From Delftia acidovorans NBRC 14950 (GTDB lineage: Bacteria; Pseudomonadota; Gammaproteobacteria; Burkholderiales; Burkholderiaceae_C): a stretch of 32,000 nt of DNA. The stretch is taken from the NCBI RefSeq assembly GCF_001598795.1, contig NZ_BCZP01000016.1, forward strand, positions 1-32,000, written 5' to 3'. Shown here in pieces: positions 31,995-32,000 of the stretch. The notes below the pieces were generated by a model. It ran no database searches, had not been told where the DNA came from, and was given only the letters and a program-made list of their open reading frames with translations. The translations under genes and the position numbers were made by a program. Within the stretch, counting starts at the first letter, position 1; each line of letters begins with the position of its first letter.

Positions 31995-32000
31995 GATCAG

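Overview
High-GC (about 62-66% by eye) betaproteobacterial, Comamonadaceae-like chromosome segment made of three blocks. (1) Bases 1 to ~14.67 kb are the right arm of a siphovirus-type temperate prophage. All genes are on the + strand: head-tail connector genes, major tail protein, a gpG/gpGT-type tail chaperone with an in-phase G GGA AAC -1 slippery site, a ~1630-aa tape measure, four tail-tip/fibre genes, and a lysis cassette (putative holin, SAR-type GH24 endolysin, Rz with embedded Rz1). Two lower-GC cargo insertions interrupt this arm. One is a lipoprotein plus small membrane protein cassette with its own terminator, wedged between the chaperone and the tape measure. The other is a ~1 kb, ~40% GC insertion after the spanins that encodes a cytoplasmic trypsin-like serine protease ending in a SEC-C zinc motif. 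I rate this second insertion the best candidate for an undescribed phage-borne defence/exclusion function. (2) Bases ~14.6-22.2 kb are a decayed tandem array of integrative islands, bounded by three direct copies of the 3' part of tRNA-Lys(UUU) plus its terminator. It contains two truncated tyrosine integrases and mostly low-GC cargo: a duplicated, unrecognised two-small-gene cassette with a conserved upstream block, PRC-barrel and BON-domain stress-type proteins, a VIT-family relic and several small hypothetical genes. (3) Bases ~22.2-32 kb are chromosomal genes: a truncated Nuc/PLD remnant fused to an integrase remnant, a PliG-like secreted protein, and two IPTL-CTERM sorting-signal proteins (one SprB-repeat/FN3 adhesin-like, one glycine-rich). 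They also include a duplicated small ORF, an IS5-family relic, a secreted Ntn (choloylglycine-hydrolase family) amidase, a GNAT acetyltransferase and a MurA-like enolpyruvyl transferase. No CRISPR array, rRNA or intact tRNA was seen. All functional calls come from motif recognition by eye; no database search was run.
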